Assembly: GCF_036588685.1 (NCBI RefSeq)
Contig: NC_086380.1
Span: forward strand, 63,612,001 to 63,676,000
Source of the DNA: Mytilus trossulus
Taxonomy: Eukaryota
Direction: 5' to 3'
DNA length: 64,000 nucleotides
This document shows positions 50,800 to 64,000 of the stretch, piece after piece. Numbering within the stretch: the stretch's first letter is position 1; every line of letters starts with the position of its first letter. The position numbers and the translations under genes were made by a program. A model generated the notes under the pieces. That model did not search any database and was not told where the DNA came from. It worked only from the letters and a program-made list of their open reading frames with translations.

Positions 50800-53760
50800 A
50801 CACGTATATCTATATTTCGACGGTTTATATCTTAAAATGGAGTAGTTGCATGGATCACGTTTTGTATAAAACAGCATATACCTGTAGTTCGTTCATACTT
50901 TAGAGATCTCTGACGGAGAGATTTTTCTTACACTTTTAAAATCTTTTTGCAGTAACCTTTGTTGAAATAGTTTTTTGTCTAAATCACCAACTATTTTTAA
51001 TTATTTATGCATTTTAACTATCTACTGAGGATGTCAAGAAGACGAATACAACATGTAACATGAAAAACAAATATTCTGTTTGATTTTAAAGTATGTATTT
51101 TAAATCATTTATATTTTAACATATTTCAGATTAAATAATTTCTATAATCTGTTTTAACATCTGAAAAGTATTTTATAAAATTATTTCTAAATTAGCCGTT
51201 AACTTGTAACATAACTTGTAACATATTAAAATTTCACACTTCAACTACATGTCTCGGTTTTTAAACATCATTGTCTTTGCTTTGGCCATTCCTGGTGTAG
51301 ATAAATCTAGAGAAGCAGTTGATTTGAAAAGTTTACTTTGCATTGTAATTAAATAATACAACAATAGTATAGCAACAACGCAAATATATGACGTGAATGA
51401 GTCCGCGATCGAAGGAGATATTGTTTCATTAATTCTAAATTTGTATTCATCAAATAATAAAGTGAAACGGTCTTCATCTTAAAGATTAAGATTGGATGAC
51501 AAAAATAGCGTGTAACCTCATAAAAAGAATGTTTTTATTAAGTAATCTTATACTCTTTTTACGTTTCAAAATATCCAGATGGGATGACAAAAATAGCGTG
51601 TAAACTCCGACAAAGAATGTATTTTATTAAGTAATGTTATACTCTTTTTACGTTTTAGAATATCCAGATGGGATGACAAAAGTAGCGTGCAAACTCCGAC
51701 AAAGAATGTATTTTATTAAGTAATGTTATACTCTTTAAAAAGTTTTGTATGAAAATCAAGACTCTTTAACGACTTTGACATGCTATTTATTTTATATAGT
51801 ATATCATTATGTCGGGGAATAAAATTTGAATTATGACTATGAAAAGTGTCATGGTTTAAGATTATTCATTCAAAAAGGTAACCCGAAAATAAAAAAAAAT
51901 ACAAGTATACCAAGTCACACCTGTTTAAGGGATTTTTTTATGATGACTAAGTTAAGAGACAATATTAAAAACGTATGAAAAATTACCGAAAACTAGCGCA
52001 CAGTATTGTTTTATAGATGTTTAAATCTTACATTAAAAAGATATGTGTGATTGCCAATGAGAAAACTATCCACAAAATTTAATATTGTATAAATGGCTAT
52101 ATAAGGCCCTAACATGAAAAATATAAAACAATGAAAGTTAAAAAAATAACGGCACAATGAATAACAAATCAACACACGAAACACGATAATATATGACACA
52201 CCAATGACAACCACTGTGCCATACTTGCTCTTGAATTTGGACAGGCACAAACCGAATGTGATAAGGTAACCCCTGTTTGTGAGAGCTCAACCATACACGA
52301 TTAAACAAATAATAGCTCTAAATAAAACCGAGAACGGGTGCATCGGCAAAGTCATATTAGATTCAACAGTATAAAAAAAAACTGAGTGTTATACTTTAAA
52401 AAAAAGCATTGATAACGTCGAAACAATAAATTCATTGGTTAAATTGCTCGTCAAAATAATATTAATTGGAAATAATGTAGTTTACAAATATTAATTTACT
52501 ATTTTAATGCTGTTGATGAGAAAGTTACAATTTGTAGAAATTCGAATAAATAAATTGTATGCTAGAGATTCGGTGTTAACATATTGATAGATATATATTA
52601 ATTGATTGAGTAATAAATATTTAATTGACTGGCAGTGCGTGTAACTATACAATGGCGTATACAACTTTCCGTACTAGGAGGGATCCATAGACCTTCTGTG
52701 GGAATATTGACCATTTGAATGTATAAGCTCAGTTATACTCGACTAATGAAACAGTAGTTGTACAATCAAGAACACTGAGGCTCCATCTGCTCATATTCAA
52801 ATCAATGGCCATAGCTTCTATTACTTTTTAGCTACAATATGTGTATTTGGTTTTGCAAACCAACAGTTAGTTTTACATAATAAAGTGAATTATAACGGTT
52901 TGTGTTTTTGTTCAAAAGTTAAACATCAGGTATTGGAACATGTTTGTATGAGTCCTTTAACCTGTGTAATAAAAGATACTGTTATAGAACAAATATTTAC
53001 TTCTAAGAATAATAATTAGTGAAAAATTGCACACAAAGCTGTCTCCATCTTCTGAAATGAAAGTCATGAATTTGATGCAATTTGAAGCCATCTTGATTTT
53101 ATGTAATAACTAATAATGAGCATTATTGATTTAGCATTTGTTTTTTCGAAGTACATGATTGTACTTCCTACTGAGCTAGACGAACAAAGGGACTGACATC
53201 TACCTCAGTACCACAATACATTACAAATCAGACGATTTCTATTTCGAAATTATCAATTTCCGCAACCTTAGTAGCAATATACGGTTCATATTCCAGGACA
53301 TGCAGCCGCTAAGCATAATTTATAAAATGACGGCAACAGTATATTTTCGTCATCAAACCCTTATTATCAATTTGAGATACAAGTATGAAACAGAAATTAT
53401 AACTTAATTTAGATTTCAAATCTCAAGGAAAAGTCAAAGATTATGCTATTTCATAAGTCACTGTATGTCATATGGCTCCACAAATGTTTGTGTTTCTTAT
53501 ATATCCATGGTTTTACATGCAATTCATGACTAGATAGTTTCATTTTTTCTAAATAGATCAGTTACTAAGTATAACATGTATTGGCTTGATGTGTTTTTGT
53601 TTTTAATTTTATCATTTGAGAAAAAGTGAAAATAACACAAATACTAAACTCAGAGGAAAAGTCATAGTCCGAAATCAGATATAAAAGGTCAAACACTTCA
53701 AATCTATGGAAAACCGTCTTATAACTGACTTGGTACAGGCATTTTGCATGTAGAAAATAA
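50800..53760 (+). repeat. segmental repeat copy C
   Basis: Collinear with A and B. Confidence 0.85.
51495..51735. repeat. ~88-bp tandem triplication inside copy C
   Basis: GGATGACAAAA(A/G)TAGCGTG at ~51494, 51582 and 51671; single in copies A and B. Confidence 0.9.
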
Positions 53761-55959
53761 TGGAATATGACGGTTCTTGAGCATTCGTTTTGTTATGTGT
53801 TTTGTTATCTGATTTTGCCATGTGCTTATTGACTTTCCGAATTGATTTTCCTCCAAGTTCAGTATTTTTGTGATTTTACTTCTGACTCACTGTAAAAGTT
53901 CTTTTATTGATGGGGAATCAATTTTTCTTGGTTTTCGTGGATGACTTTATTTACAAATTTAAGTGTCTGACGATATATAACAATTTTTGTCCAAATCAAG
54001 ACATGGAATGGAAAAATCCGCATGTAGTTTTGACTACCGATATGATCTAGAGAATACATTGAATATCGGCAAATCTGAGACTATTATAACGAAGTCTTAG
54101 GGCAAAAGCACTCTACATATAGCTATGAACTACAACTGCATGCAGGATTATACGCATGCAGTCTTTAAGACTTAAACTGAACAATTGTTGATCTGTTAAT
54201 CTACATAAGTTAACATTTTTGATCGATAAAAGTCAGATTTCCGGTGATTATCGGCTATGTTCAAGTGTTAATTTCATTTCCTGATAATTCTTGTACAGTA
54301 AAAAAAAATCATGCTGGGCTTGATTTTGATTTTACAATTCAATCATTTATAGCGTTTGATTATGTTCCTGTTTTCTGTAAGTGACATGATTATGATCCAA
54401 TTAATATCTGGTGGTCTTTAATCTGTTCATCACTCGATCGCGGGTTAGTTAGTGTCATCACAAAGCTTTTAACAGGTGCAACAATTTAATTGTTTACATT
54501 GCAATATCATTCAATCTAGACCATTTGTAATCTTCGTTTCTAACGGCTTCAATTCTTTACTCTATCAATAAGAAAACTGAATCCACAAATTCAAAACTCC
54601 ACGAACATGTTACTTTTGCCCAAACCACGAATTTGATACCAACGAATAAAAGTACTTTCACAGTATTAATATCTTTTGTTATGTTCATTTTCATCTGTTC
54701 ACTGGAGGCCTTATCGTATACAGTGTTTCATCATTTTAATCTAATTTTACACGTGAGTGCTGAAAAAGTCATCTGTATCTTGGTGTCTTTGGCACACTAT
54801 ATAGGGTTTAAACAAGGCAGTCAAGATTGTAACGTACATATAGCAAAACTTGGAATTTTTAATAAACATTGCATCTAATTCCCTCGTGTTTTATAAATTT
54901 TTTGTAGATAGAATCCTTAACGTTAAAACTTTTCTATCAACTTATAACGCAATGGATAAAAAAGAAAAAGACAAACAGACTAATGATAGTACACAAGACA
55001 CAGCATAGAAATCTAAAGACTTAACAACACGTGCCCCACCAAACACTGGGGTGATCTCAGGAGCTTTTTGTTGTTTTTGTTATTACAAACAATGTAAATA
55101 GTCTAATTCGGTAGGTCATATGCGTGTGAAGGGAACAGGATTTTCGTTTCGACGTAAGGAATATATACGATATCATCCGTGAACCGTATATTCCATGATG
55201 GTCAACTAAGAAGTGATGGCGTCCTTTTAATTGTTACGAAGGAATGATTTCAACTTCACTATTTATTTTGTAATATTTTGTATTTCGTGAGTTAATACGC
55301 TTACACATTGGTTCATTACTATTGTCAGCATAATTTAAATTACTGGATTTGTCATCAGTACGGTGTCCAAAATTATAGATAATTCTCCCTCATCTTATTT
55401 ATCCCGGACTCCAAATTGTGTTTAGCCGTACACGTTGCAATTTTTTCCAAATGCACAACTGTTGCTCTATTTGAAACAGGGTTGTCGCTTGTTAACTCTG
55501 TCCTATTGTCAGTATGATGAATATCATCCTTGTAGTATATATTCCAATTCATTTGTGAGGGCCAACGATTTTGGTTAACTTTTATGCCTTTCTCTCTGGT
55601 GGCGTTAGATCATGTAAAATTTATACAATTACCGCAGTCCAACTATGACACAATCGCACTACGATCTGTAAATAAATGAAAATTTTGACGATTGTGTAGG
55701 TCACAGCAAGGTCGTGGTGAGATCTCCATGATTGTTATGAGCGCAGCCAACATTGAACATGTTCAAAATAACTGAAATGCAGTCGTGGTAAAATCAGGAC
55801 GCGAAGATATATATTAAAGCATGAATTGAAATTTTACACTTCAATTCTCGGTATATATACATCAATGTCTATACATATTTGGCTTTTGACGTCCCTGATA
55901 AAGATAAACACAGAGAAGCGCTTGAAAACCATTCGTTTGATGTGTTATATGAGTTGGAA

Positions 55960-57530
55960 AAAATGAGTGGTTGCCATGATAACGGACACTATATTTTGTG
56001 GTTGTGAGGCATAGTAAAATCTTTCAAAAATCAGCTAAATCACTACAATTCAGAGCCTGATTAAGAATAGAATCAAGCATTTTTCATTAATTTTCATATC
56101 TAAGATTGATACAACTCGGTTTAAGCATCATTTTAGTTAAGATTGTATGTAAATAAAATTTGATAATTTTTGAAAAAGTTTTGCCAAAAAATGCATATTT
56201 CAATTTTTTTTGAATTTGGGATTTTTGCGAAATTATGATATTTTCTATGGTGTTTTTTCAGAAAAGAACAACTGTGTATAGCAAAGTTAGCACTATAGTT
56301 ATGAAGTTTGGATACTACTTTACCAAATTAAGTAGAAAAAAGCTTGGGACTTTCTTTAATTTTATCACCATAGCAACCGATTTTTTTCTTGGAAACGGAG
56401 TTATTATTTGCAGAATATTGCAGTTTTAGAGCTTTTAAAAAAGGTACTGAATTGTTTCATAACTGATAAAAATAAATACATTTAAGCATAAGCCTACTCT
56501 AAATTACCATCGTAAAGAGTTGCTGACTTCAAAAGTTACCATGGAAATACATATTACTCATATCAACATCCATGTTAAAATGTATCAATAGAAATTTATG
56601 TAAACAAGGAACATATCATATAAAGACGGGGTTTATATTTTTAAGTTGGAATATGACTGCATGCTTTGCCTCCCTCACAGTCTTGTCTGTTCTTTTCTGA
56701 AGGTTCAACAAATGTAATATATAATGAAACATTAGGATTAAAACCGAAGGTGAGGAAAAAAGGGGGGGTAGGTCTATTTTAAAAAAAATCATACATGTAG
56801 ATTCTTGAAAATATAACGTTTGGTCGGAGAGCCTGATTATGAATAGAATAATGATAATATTATAAATAGAATCAATTTTATTTTCGGAAATTTCATATAC
56901 ATGAATAACATCGATATAGGTTGGTTTTAGCTTCAGATCTTAGTTAAGATTGCAGTTCAACCCCGACTTTTAGATTTTTGGTTAAGAAATACTAAAAAAC
57001 ATTCATTTTTTTCGGAATCATGAAGTATTGTGAAATAGTAAAATGTTCTCGTGTGTTTTTAAAAAAAAAATGAAAATATGTAAATCATAGCTAGCATTGT
57101 AGTAACAAAGTTTGAATACTACCTGACCAAAAAAAAAATACATTGCGTGGGGCTCTATTAAATTGTATCACCATGTTAACGTGTTTTCTCCTTAGAAACA
57201 TAGTTATTATTTATTGAATTCTGCAGTATAGTGAATTCAATGTTCTCAATTGTTTAGAAACCTTTATAAAAAGAAAGTATTCAAGTATATATAAGCTCTA
57301 ACCTACAGTCGTTAAGTATTATTACAACAGTTACCATGGTAACACATATCATCCAAAACAGTCAATCAAATGATAATCATATAGCATGTATAGTTTATGT
57401 AAAAAAATATATATAATTCTGTTAATTATGTTCATTTTTCTAAGGGTAAAATAGCTGCATGCTTTGCTTTGTTTCACTCTCAGTACTGTCATGACTGTCT
57501 TTGCTCATTGAAAAGACTCAACAATTTAAA
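55960..57530. repeat. diverged ~800-bp duplication carrying RFX X-box-like palindromes
   Basis: Paired anchors 56364/57167, 56535/57330, 56656/57454; GTTGCCATGATAAC at 55970 and GTTACCATGGTAAC at 57330. Confidence 0.6.
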
Positions 57531-60229
57531 TATATACACTGGTGTATTTTGGGGAGGAGTGGAGGTTGGGTCGGTTTTTTGTTTGAATCTTACATAGATC
57601 AGGAGCATGCACAGCTAAGGTGTACAATATAATCATTAACTACCTCAGATAAACTTCAAAGTTCGAATGTACTCTTAACTGATCCTAGGAGTGTACTTTT
57701 ATAAAACAAAACAAAAAACAGCTGCGCCATGACCGCATGTAACGCACGTCGCTTTTTCTAGGAATAATACACTTTTAATTACTTCCCAGTGTCAAATAAA
57801 CTACTAAACGAGAAGACCTCATTTCGTGTGTTGCTTCTCCTCCTTCCACAATACATTAATCATCATGCCTCTGTGTCCTATAGGTAACATTTATAGTCGC
57901 ATTTGTCATCCATTCTTATGATCATTCAGTTTGGGTATTTTGGATAAAAGCGAAAAAAAAAAGCGTCCGAATATTTCCCTGTCATTGGACAAAACTTTAA
58001 GCCAGATTAGACTTCCAGTTTGTGTTTTCTGTACTTTGACATATAAAGACTATGAATAAAGTATATACATTTGCTTTCTGCTATCATTTTGAGTTCTAGC
58101 ATGTATCATCCTTGCTTAACGTGTTTCAGTTAGGGTTATTTTAGGAGGAAAACGAAAATGAATAATATTTGCTATTTAATATCAATTAATTTACAGTGGA
58201 GGACCTTGAACTTTTCCTAATGGAAAGGGGTGGCGCTGACTGACCTAAGAGGGAGGGGCGTTCCTCTTATGTTTCAGTGATTTCCCATAAAATCAACAAT
58301 TTTTTTTCAACGAAATGGGGGACATTTGATGACCATTGAAATTTATAGTAAATTTAACTGCGAAGTTTAATATAGCGACCATATCCACATATGAATATTT
58401 GCACTTTGAATCTTGGAAATTCAGCCTTGTCTTAATCTGTTAAACATGTACTTTATTTTTTATCCATTTGAAACAATTTGTAAATGTTTTTTTTTTCAAT
58501 ACTGAATAAAATGTCAGCAGATATTCAGACAATGGAGTTGGAATGGCTATATCGCAGTAAGAGAAAAGTGTAAAGATTCACACTACAAGTCCTAAACTAC
58601 TTATACATGTACATTTATCTGTGAAACTGGAAAAATTCAAATTTTATATTATCACCGTAATTAGCTATTGTCAGAATGAAGGTCCAAATTACATTAACTA
58701 CTAATACTTAGTTGCCTGAAGATGAAAGCGATGATAGAGAGAACCTACCCAAAATGTGAATTATGCTATTTATGGTAGATATTTAAAGTGTTGATCCTGT
58801 TTTTGTGAACATACAGTGACAATTATAACCCAGAATGGAAGTGAAAATACACAGAATAGTACAAGGACAATGCTATGGCTGCTTTTTCTGTAAACTGAAC
58901 GTTTTTGCCGAGTCAGCTAGTATCAATGATTTTATGAACTATAATTTCTACAATCATGATAATGATTTGGATGTCATTATTGGCTATTAAAAAGAAATGT
59001 AAAGTATTCAGTGTCTTTTTGTATAAAACACAAACAGAAAAAGCTATATTTTGTGTAATTTACACTGAAAAAAAATATTCTGATGGGGATATTTTTTATT
59101 TGAAATTTCAAAAAAATATTCTGTCATCACCTTTTAAACCTGACCTACACATGTAACCAAGCTTTTTTTTCATTTTAACTAATGATATGCTTTGTGTTTT
59201 TCTAATTTGACAGCCTCAATATCAGGTATTATATATGGATCAAAATACAGAATAACATGCATAATTACACACAAATGAAAGTTAATGAGAAGCAAGATTT
59301 CCAACAACATTACATGTTCATAAATATATTCCAGCACATTTCTGTGCTTATTTTTCATTATGATTATTAAAGTTCCTATAAAAGTAAGTTCCAGATATAC
59401 TCATCGAAACAGGTTAAAAACAAAACATGCAATTAGCAGTTTCAAATTTAAAAATTTGGATTTTCGATCAAACCTTTTTTTTTTATTTGTTAAATAGAGC
59501 TTTCATTGAGAGTTTTTAGTACTTTGATTATTGTTTTACTATGATTTTGCTTTTTTTAGTAATAAGAAACAGCAGTTGAAGTATAAAATCACTCATTTTA
59601 ACAAGAGTTGCACTCTGATTTGTGGCTCTGTGTTAAGAACAAGATTTTGTTTCATGATTTTTTATATAAAAATACTATAAAAAAACAGCCGTACAGTGAT
59701 ATATAATAAATATATTACAAAATATTTGCCGTGGGTGGATTTTTATATTTCTTTAAGATATCATAGTAGTACATTTTGATATATTCATCTTTTGATTACA
59801 GTTTCACCTTTTCTATATTTTAGTATTTCTTCAGGTCCTAAATTTGGTAAAAATGCTAATAACTTATAACCTGTTTAATAAATATAGAGGCCCTACTATT
59901 CAAAAAAATCAAATATATACATGTATTAATTACTTACATTTTTTTTATTTCCTTAATAATGCTTTATCCCATGCATTGGTCAAAAAAGATATTTATCATG
60001 GCTAGAATTGATTATTTGTTGGAATTAAATTAATAAAATAACCTTGAATTTGGCAATTTTCCCGTAAAAATATGATGACGCTACAAAACTCGGCTATCCA
60101 ATAAAATTTAAGCAAAAAATGTTTGCAAGTGATATTGGGATGGTCTAAGTGTTGTGTGTACCAAATTTAAAGAGATTCCGCAAAATTCACTCCTGGACAC
60201 TTTTGCATGGTTTTCTGTGAGACAAGCTC

Positions 60230-61210
60230 TTAAGTAAATAGAAATCTATGAAATTTTGACACAAGGTTTAGGACCAAAAAAGGAAGGTTTCATTGATTTT
60301 GGGAGTTTTGGTCCCAACAGGTTAGGAATAAGGGACTAAAAAAAGGGCCCAAAAAAGCATTACTCCTGTTTTTTGCACAACAACTTTAGTATAAGTAAAT
60401 GGAAATAAAAACAGTTTTAACACAAGGTTAATGAACACAATAGGAAGATTGGGATTGAATTTGGGAGTTGAGGTCCCAACAATTTAGGAGTTAGGGGCAT
60501 AAAAGGGGCCCAAAATAAGCATTTGTCTTGGTTTTTGCATCATAACTTTAGTATAAGTATTTGGAAATCAATGAAACTTAAACACAAGGTTTATGAACAC
60601 AACAGGAAGGTTGGGATTGATTTGGCAGTTGAGGTCTTAACAATTTAGAAATTAGGGCCAAAAAAGGGGCCAAAATAAGCATTTTTCTTAGTTTTTGCAC
60701 CATAACTTAAATAAAAAATTATGAAATTTAAACACAAGGTTAATGACCATAAAAGGTAGGTTGTGATTGATTTTGGGAGTTTTTGTCCCAACAGTTCAGG
60801 AATAATTGGCCCAAAGGGTCCAAAAATAAAAACTTTGTTTGATTTTATCAAAAATAATTGGGGTTCTTTGATATGCCGAATCGAACTGTGTATGTAGGTT
60901 CTTAATGTTTGGTCCCGTTTTCAAATTGGTCTACATTATGTCCAAAGGGTTCAAAATTGAACTAAGTTTGATTTCATCAAAAATTTAATAATTGGGGTTC
61001 TTTGATATGCTAAATCTAAACATGTACTTAGATTTTTTATTATGGGCCCTGTTAGTTTTCAAGTTGGGTCCATTTAATCGAGGTGCAAAATTAAACTTTG
61101 ATTTCAACCAAAAATTGAATCCTTGGGGTTCTTTGATATGCTGAATCCAAATATGTGCTTAGATTTTTTATTATGGACCCAGTTTTCAAGTTGGTCCAAA
61201 TCGTGGTCCA
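60230..61210 (+). repeat. tandem HINE core repeats (~160-bp x4, then ~125-bp x3)
   Basis: AAACACAAGGTT.ATGA..AGGAAGGTTGGGATTGATTTTGGGAGT units matching 540-826, then TTGGGGTTCTTTGATATGC units. Confidence 0.8.
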
Positions 61211-61299
61211 GAAAGTTTGTCCTTAAAGATCAAATGGTTACTTTCAGAAATTTCTTCACTTAACCAAGTCATTTAAGTAAAAATATACAGGTCTAAACT

Positions 61300-61437
61300 C
61301 AGTGGCGGATCCATAACTATTTGTAAGGGGAGGGGCCGCTCCAGTCACACTTCAGTGATTCCCTATATAATCAACCAATTGTTTCCCACAAAGGGGGGGG
61401 GGGGTGGCGGAGGGCGGGCCCCCAGGATCCGCCTATA
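61300..61437 (+). mobile_element. MITE with 5-bp TSD (hAT5-like)
   Basis: CAGTGGCGGATCC..GGATCCGCCTATA; TSD AAACT on both sides. Confidence 0.8.
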
Positions 61438-62082
61438 AAACTGCTCTGGTTCTCGATTTTAACAATTTTTAAAGTATCAAACAAAGAAAAGTAACGCATA
61501 ACGGCGTGCCGCCAACTAAATTCAAACTTTATCTCTGTTTTGTGGTAATAAGCATTGTGTATAAGTTTCATAACATTTGGTTGAGGCAAACTAAAACTAG
61601 AAAATGGAAACCAACTTCGTGACAACTAAAGTACTGACGGACATGCGTGAAACTTTTGATATGAGACAAATCTTCACAAGAAAAGAATTGAAGCAGAAAT
61701 AAATAATCATAAGTCACCCTACGACCTTCAACAGTAAGTAAAGCATATGCCACATAGTTCCATATGAAGGCTTTGTAAACAGATATCAAACTAGTTGAAA
61801 ATAAAATAACTTAAAATAAAAAGATCATGACTGTTAAACCAGTAACTGGTGTTATGCTATTTGGCATGTGTCAATCGGTTCATTGATTTTTTAGGCATAT
61901 CAAAGAAAAACAGGTACGTGTCTAAATGGTGTCTTCCTCCTATTCACACTTTTAAAAATCACTATTCCTTCAATAGATATTTTGATTAATTATAAATTGT
62001 TTTTATAACAATCACGGTTAATTTAAAATCCACCTAAGATTAACCTGTACATTTCAAAAGAAATTATGATTGATACACTGTT

Positions 62083-62231
62083 CAGTGGCGGATCCAGGGA
62101 GAGGGGGCCGGGGATTGGAACCCCCATTGTTTTGGACTATCAATGCATTTGAATGGAAGCATATAGTTGGAACCCCTCCCCATTTTTTCTTGGTTATGAT
62201 TCCCCCTTATAAATGGCTGGATCTGCCACTG
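62083..62231. mobile_element. MITE with 5-bp TSD (same TIR, different interior)
   Basis: CAGTGGCGGATCCAG / CTGGATCTGCCACTG; TSD CTGTT on both sides. Confidence 0.85.
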
Positions 62232-64000
62232 CTGTTGTAGTAAATTACTTTAATAAAAATTTGATACATTGTTTATTTGCATTTTTTTTTCTCTCTTCAA
62301 AGCATACGTTAAAATAAAGAATAAGTCAGATAAACAGTAGTACATGTATATGTAATATATGATTAAAAAATCATTGATTTGTTAATCTAAAACTAGAAAT
62401 GCAGCATATAATATTTATCAACACAAACCACTGTTGTTTTCAGTACACAAAAAGTATCTGGAGAAAAGCACAAGGGACAGGAATTTAGGTTCAATACTGC
62501 TATTTGTCACTCTACCGCCTTCAACAACGAGCGAAACCCATACTGCATAGTCAGCTACAAAGGGACCCGAAATCACAAATGAACAAAAAAATCAATGTGA
62601 CAATTTTTTTTTAAAAATGTAACACAACAACAAATGACAACCACTGTATTTCAGGCTCCTGGTTTTGGAAATGCACACATATACAGAATGTGGCAAGGTG
62701 AAACATGTAAGTTGGATTCCAATCCTTCCGTAAAACATAAGCACAAAGTGGACATCACCGGCGACTTGTACATACCAACAACAAAAAGACACTAAGTACA
62801 TATATGAGAGTACATGCAGTTACTGCAAGCTAATCTAAACCGTCCAAATAATATTGAATATCTTTTTTATTTATGATTGTTTTCTATACAATTTGATTTT
62901 TTTGCATAAGATATCTATCTCTACCATAATATGTAAAAATAATATATATAACAGCACTCCTCCTAGTCCTTAGTGGCATTGTGAAGGTCCTTAGTGTATG
63001 AAGGAGTCTTTAGCAGTGTTTACACGTACTGTTTACTTTTACGATTCTAGATCAAAATACAAATGTTTGAGGAAACCATGCACCAAATTCAGCAGTTCTA
63101 CATTATTAACTCTGTCTCTCCATTTAAAATTTACTTTGTTATTACAATAACCAAATGACCCTTTCATGAAATCAAATGTAAATATAGAGAAATATAATTG
63201 TTGTTGATTATGGTTGAAAGAAGTCCATTTACAGGGCTGCAAAACAGATATCTCATAAGGTACATAAAGGTTTGTATCAAATCTGAACATCTGAAATTTT
63301 TTTTATCATGGTAAACAAAAGCAGATCAAGTGTTAATTAACTATCTAACTGTTGAGTATTTAATTCAAACTCCATTATTTAAATGTATCAAATAACAAAA
63401 AAAAACATGTATTTAATGCTGATTCTGAATTAGTTCAGCAGCTTCAGACCAGTTGCTAGGTTATTTTTTTTTGGTTGTTATGGTCTTTCGGCCACTTAAA
63501 TTAAAGCTTAGATAATTTTTTCATCATTTTCAAACAAATCATAAATTATATTGTCTGTTTAATTACAATGATATATAAAAAATAGCAACATTTTTGATAA
63601 TGAACAAGTATTGAGTTTTGTCATTTTTATGTATTTTACCTATTTTTGTTGCCATGGTAACAAAATATTTAAAAAAAACATCTCTGTTTTTATTTACTCA
63701 ATGTATGAACTTTAAGATGCAATCATAGTTTATGATAAACTTGTCTGCTCAATGTCATTTTTTCTTGATTTAAAAAATGATATTTAAGCTATTTTCAGAA
63801 AATGTCAAAATACAGATTTTTGCACCTTTTTAAATACCGTTTTAGCCTTATATCAATTTTTTTTCAAAACCTCAACATCAAAATATAAACTTCAAGTAAT
63901 GCATAATTATATGTTGAAATTTTTTTCTTTCTTGAAATTGTCATTATCATAAAATTGTTGCTACTAAAATGTCAACATTTTCCATGCCTGATTTCATCAT

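Noticed and set aside
51-63290. Remaining 60-105-aa ORFs in the track
   Set aside because: Low-complexity F/I/K/L-rich translations of AT-rich repeats, or antisense shadows of TE relics

Overview
AT-rich eukaryotic genomic DNA with no host protein-coding gene that I can support. The repeat families look like those of a bivalve mollusc, probably Mytilus; this is recognition-based inference, not a database result. The window is a mosaic of transposable elements. Coding relics: a near-complete EnSpm/CACTA-type transposase (~980 codons) broken only by three small frameshifts (3744-6695); a decayed Penelope-like reverse transcriptase (18.1-19.6 kb); a LINE ORF2 3' end; a Gypsy gag/LTR fragment; a DIRS/Ngaro element with gag joined to tyrosine recombinase and no RT; and a 3.4-kb Academ fold-back element built from two inverted transposase 3' ends, with a TAT target-site duplication (TSD). 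Non-coding elements include Helentron-type HINEs, a canonical non-autonomous Helitron, MITEs with 5-bp TSDs, a SINE body and a ~3-kb segment present in three copies. The most interesting non-coding signal is a set of minimal type I hammerhead ribozymes in short interspersed retrozyme-like repeats. There are at least two sequence families with covarying stems, a tail-to-tail chimera of the two, and a shared GGTACC-containing 3' boundary.
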